Shown: in pieces, positions 59,126 to 64,000 of the stretch
Layout of the letters: each line of letters opens with the position of its first letter
How positions within the stretch are numbered: the stretch's first letter is position 1
DNA from: the human T2T-CHM13v2.0 reference genome, Homo sapiens
Assembly: GCF_009914755.1 (NCBI RefSeq)
Contig: NC_060925.1
Reading direction: 5' to 3' (one strand)
DNA: 64,000 nucleotides
Program-made: the position numbers and the translations under genes
Notes under the pieces: model-generated
Database searches by the model: none
Told to the model about the DNA's origin: nothing
What the model saw: only the letters and a program-made list of their open reading frames with translations

Positions 59126-62100
59126 CGGGGGAAAAGTGTGGAAAAAGAGAAACTAGGTCCATTAATGAAGGAGTAGGGTGTTGCAAGGGAAATGACTAAA
59201 TTAGCTGAGCTTTTAAACTGCTTTTAAAAAATTAGCTTAAATGAGAAAAATAAAGATAAGAGGTAAGAATGATTGGGAGGATGCAGTCAATAAACTATTG
59301 ATAAGGAAGGGTTAAAGGAGTATTTAGAGAAATTGAAGATATGCAAATGAGAGGTCAAAATAACAGTAGCCCAGTGTAGTTAGTGGAACTAGCTGAAGAA
59401 TTTGGAACACCACGGCGGGACTTCATAACCACTCAGTCTACAGGGAGTACTAAGAACACATTCTAACATTGTACAGCACCTTATACTAACATTGTGCATG
59501 ATAAATGCATTCATTGTTCTCACATTCTTACATTCATCTGAGTCTGGTCTTTACCTCCACTATCAGCAGCAATGTGATAGGACTGACCAAAGCGAAAGAT
59601 GTTTAAAACTCTTTTTGGTATGAAACAGAAGCAAAATCACTTCTCTCGGTAATAAAGAAGGACATTGAGGCATTGAGTAGTCAAAGGAATTGCTGAAGAT
59701 GAAACACCAAGTCAGTGACTAAGTTCTGACCCATTTTTAAGAATTCAGACATATTCCCCCAAAAAGAAAGAATGTATTTAATGCAGGTTTTCAGATAGGG
59801 AGTCCCACTAGCGCTAGGAACCATTTCAGAGGTAGACCTTGCCTGCGTTCCTAACGTGACTATTGCTGTAGTTAATTTTCCCCATTTGCCTACTCCAAGT
59901 TACACTTAGCCAATGGCACAGCTTAAAATCGGAACACCAAACCACTCTTTCAACCCTTACCCCGAGCAAATGTCAGAAGGCCTCCAGCTATTCTTTGTGA
60001 ATTGCAAAATGAACCAGTGTCTGCCCCTTTACCCTTCCAGAGCCGTGGAGTCTAGGTCTATGCCCAAGAGAGATGCATGAAATGTTTTACTGGTTTCTGC
60101 AAATAAGCCAGACCAAGGGAGAAACAGACGTTCAGCAAGTAGTAACCAAATGCAAGTTTTGAGAATGTGGAGGGAGAGGAGGTAAGGTTAATGAACACCC
60201 CTATACATCTTTTCAGTGTCTCTTGCTGAATTACCCAGCCCTGAGCTAACACCTTGCTGAATCACCCAGTCCTGATGCAGGTTTATGCTGTGTCCTGAAT
60301 TGGTCTCTGGTGTCCCTTTCAGCTTCTGCCCCTGCAAACTGGGCAGTGCATCCAAGGTCTCCTGCTAACATCTGTCACTCATCGGAGCCACCTGATCTGA
60401 AGCGTTGTCAGGGTCAGTATTTTTGTTCTGCCTGCTGTTTTGCTAATGGATCAATGGCAGTCAGTAAAGAACAAACCGTGCCAGAAAAGAATGTCCTCTT
60501 CTTCTCAGCTGACTCAGCTCGGGACAGGAAGACAGGGGGCATCTGGCATTTGGGGAAGCCCTTGATTGTCCCTTAGGAAATAACTGAAAATGGATTTGTG
60601 TTGGCCTGGTTCTAAGAAGGTCACCCAGGTTGAATTTGAAAAGCAGAGGCACTGTGTCCACAAAAGAAAGTGATAAGCAGCAAGCCATTTCTCAAAGCTA
60701 ATGCCCGAGTGTGTACCACCGGGATCCATTTTATATCTCTCTACAGATTGGTGTGTTTTTCATGACAACCATCCCCATAGCAACCAGGTGTCCAGGCACT
60801 AAATTGATCTCAAGGATATGAAATCTCAGCCTGGTGAGGGAAGCCCACTCTGACTGCAGTTTCCTTGGAGTCGTTTCACATCGAGGGCTGGTGTGCAGGT
60901 CATGGGGAATGGGGCTTCTTCCTGAGGGCTCAGCTGGACACAAGGGACAGCCCTGGTGAGAGGGGAGCCTTTCCTTTTTCATGTTTACTAATAATCCAGA
61001 AGAAAGGGTAAGAAACTGGTAAATCAAATTCAAATGAAACTAAATGGGAAGATGTTGCAAACGCCAGTTGGATGGAGGAAATTATGTGGACAGCCACGGA
61101 AGAAATGACCACGTAAGACCTGCCCTGGAAAGGCCACAGTTGGAACCTCTGGGAGCCAATATTCCAAAGCAAGAAGCTAGAAGAGATTTACCAAGCAGAA
61201 TTATTTGAGGAGATTGGGGCGAGGGAGAGATGATAATTAAGCTGAAAAAAAGGGACATTACAGGGTGCGCAGAGCTGAGGGCCGTGCAGGGAAGGGGCAG
61301 AGCAGTTCTAGCTGGACGAAAGCTTAGGTCTTGGTCAGGGAAATGAGGTGCTCCCATGGATTGTCCAGGTGAGCCCAGAGAGCGCACCCAGGGAAGAATG
61401 TTGAGGGCATGGGGGGTCATAGGAAGGAGTGAGGGAGAGCCCACACAACAGTATCCTCTTAAGGCAGCTCATGCTCGCCCAGAGGCAGCTACCTGCCATC
61501 AGGCTGTCCCTAAGGTCAGCCTTGCTAATGCTGAGCCCCTGCCTTCCACAGTTACCCTGTCCTGGGGCTTTGGTGATGGTCCTCCTCACCTCAACAGTGA
61601 TGGACAAGGGCTCCTTTTGCTTTGAAGTGATGCCCACGTGCTTACTGCACAAGGAGGGCAGGGAAGAGCCAGGAAGGGAGGAACCGCCACGCCAGCGGGG
61701 ACAACGTGACGACACGGAACAAAGGGACATGCCGTTGGAATCCTAGGAAGAAGTTTCTTAAGTGACATCTAAATAGGCTGCAAATGGCCTTTTCGAGGGA
61801 ACTCCCATCCCTGTGATAATCTAAACCAGAATCGGATGAGATGGGGTGGACCGCATCTCGGGAGGAGCACATGGGTGTGAGGGAGGAGGGACGTGGCAAC
61901 CTCATGCTCCCTTCTCTCTGTAATCACTCTGTCAACCCACGATTCTGGGAGGGGAGTATGAAATGTGTGGTTTGTCTATTGCATGAAGATATTTGGATCC
62001 CCCAAATCTAGGTGTGTCTGGAAGAAAGCTGCCCTCTCCCAGAGGAAAGCTGGGGGTTAAATCCATAACTGTCAGTGTGTCTGGCAACAAAATAAAAGGA

Positions 62101-63799
62101 AACCACATTCTCCATGAATGAAGGGAGAAGCAGGAAGGAGGTAGTTTTTTCTTTTTTAAAAACATGAATAAGATCCTCCAATATGTTTGAGATTATTGAG
62201 CAAATTCTTTGAAAAGGGCCCTGGGTCACTAACCAACAGATTGTGGATGTAGAAACCACATTCTTCCAACTTCCCTTCCCATCCTGACCCCAGAGATAGC
62301 AGGTTGGGTATGCTGGGGGTCTTTGTTTAGTTAACCATTAACAATTCATAAAAGTGCAGATCCCTGCACGATAAGTCCAGTCCTTGGAATGTTATTAGAA
62401 AATCCTATTTCTAGTCTGTTATGAAACAGAGGTTTTGATGTGCTGCCAGGTTTATGGGGAACTCTGGAAACAACACTTGCTTCTCTGAGAAGCTGAGGCT
62501 GGGTGGGTGTTACATAAAGCTTTCCTAGCAACTTAGCTTTATCACAGAATGGGAGGCTGCAGTGGAAAATATCAGACGAGTTAATGCAAAACCTGAGCCA
62601 ACCCACTATCCCCATTTGCTCTAAGGCCAGCCAGCAAATCTGTGGGAGTGATTTTAACCCACGGGGGAGCGGCAGGCCCAGGGCTCCGGTTGACTGCAGA
62701 TTCAGCCCAAGAATGCTCGGGCAGCTCAGAGCTGAAAGGCACCTTCAGACAGACCTCACGGAAGGCAAAACAGCTCTTCTTGACTCTGAACCAATTGCTG
62801 ATTGAAATTCACACAAACACACCTTCCTTTTCCTTCTTTGGGTCATTCCCAGTTTCTCCGGGCACTGCAGGAACAAAGGGGAGTAAGGTCACTTCGTCGA
62901 ATCCCTGCCAAGGGAAATGCGTCTAATGCATGACGGTGTCTCTGAAGTCAATGGATAAGAATCTCATTTCTAAACTCTTGGATCCAAAAGTATGCCTCTT
63001 AGGATGGAATCCTTCTGTGGTGTTGGTTGACAGCTTTTTGGGTTTTCTGAAAAGCATGTGTCCAGTCCATTGTTTTTAATCTCCCAGGGCTGGCGTGGGG
63101 GTGGAAGGAGCTGGAGGAAGAAACCATGCAAAAATCCATTTGGAAGCTGCAAATCAAAGCTAATAGCCTCTCCTGATCTGCTCACACACGGTGCCCAACC
63201 GGTGTTGTAGAGAGGAAGAGGAAAAGATTCCCCAGACATGAGGACAAGTGTAAGGCGAAGGGCTGGAAAGGGGAGGGGAGCTCGTGTCAAGAGGGAGCTG
63301 GAACTCAAGTGGGGAGAGGAAAGGCAGTGGGAGAGAAGAGAGCTCCTTCGTGGGCGGCCTCTGCGACATCTGCCCCAGGGGCCTAACGCCTCCCTCTGTG
63401 ATGTCTCTGCACCCAGGCTCTGTTGCTGCTTCCTCAACCATTATTCTCATTTGGGAAGGGAAAGAGTGGTTTTATAAAACCGGTGTCCACGTGAAGGCAG
63501 CCATCCAGTTGGTGGAGAAATTTTCCCCACATAAATTAGATTACTCCAAGTCTAGATGGTTCCTAGCCCCTAGTCCTTCTCGCTGAAGACGGTACAAGGT
63601 GGGTGGCAAGGCAGAGGTCTGGAGGGAGAAGAGTAAAAAGCTCCTTGTTTGCGTTAAAACAAACAAACCCCAAGATATGCCAGTTGTTTCAGAAGGTGAA
63701 TTCCTACTTCAGGTAGTCCTTAAGAGTCACCAGAAATCCAGGAGCGAAACTGCACTGAGATTCCATTAACTGTGAAAAAAAATAACAAAATAAACGGGC

Positions 63800-64000
63800 C
63801 ACACAAAAAGAAGAAAACCGGCCTGCCCAACGAGGGCTGCGGAGTGCAGCCAGAGTCCCTTGTACCAGTAGATCATATTGTGTCCATTTAATAATAATAA
63901 GAAGGGGCACCCTCCGCGGAGGCTTCACCCAAGGAGTCCTGTCCCACCCGCAGGCTCGGGCGCCCGCCTGCAGACCTCGGACGCCGGCCAGCGTCTTGTC
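63800..64000. promoter_or_regulatory. Edge of a probable CpG island
   Basis: Sharp rise in GC content and CpG density in non-Alu sequence at the window end. Confidence 0.55.

Overview
Human (primate) genomic DNA, largely intergenic-looking and rich in Alu, L1, L2, MIR, MaLR/ERV LTRs and DNA-transposon fossils. The 3' end is repeat-poor and runs into the edge of a CpG island. I found no intact protein-coding gene; the long ORFs in the track are repeat-derived or fragments. The main result came from manually translating the minus strand between splice-site motifs. This recovers a heavily decayed, intron-containing gene of about 22 exons (about 46,192 to 10,002; about 7 kb of former CDS, roughly 2,300 aa). 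Its exons line up, in order, with TASOR/TASOR2/TEX15 family motifs: DUF3715 pseudo-PARP, SPOC, a second DUF3715, a second SPOC, a helical domain, a large exon and a helical C-terminus. It carries many nonsense codons, frameshifts, six mutated splice dinucleotides and two Alu insertions (AluJ, AluYa5) inside exons. This suggests a lost extra member of the HUSH/piRNA transposon-silencing family. The family comparisons were made by eye against sequences recalled from memory and need HMM/structure confirmation. Other notable items are a long near-perfect hairpin (54.4-54.75 kb), a nested inverted-repeat scar (34.3-34.6 kb) and an intronic ZNF143-like promoter motif pair.
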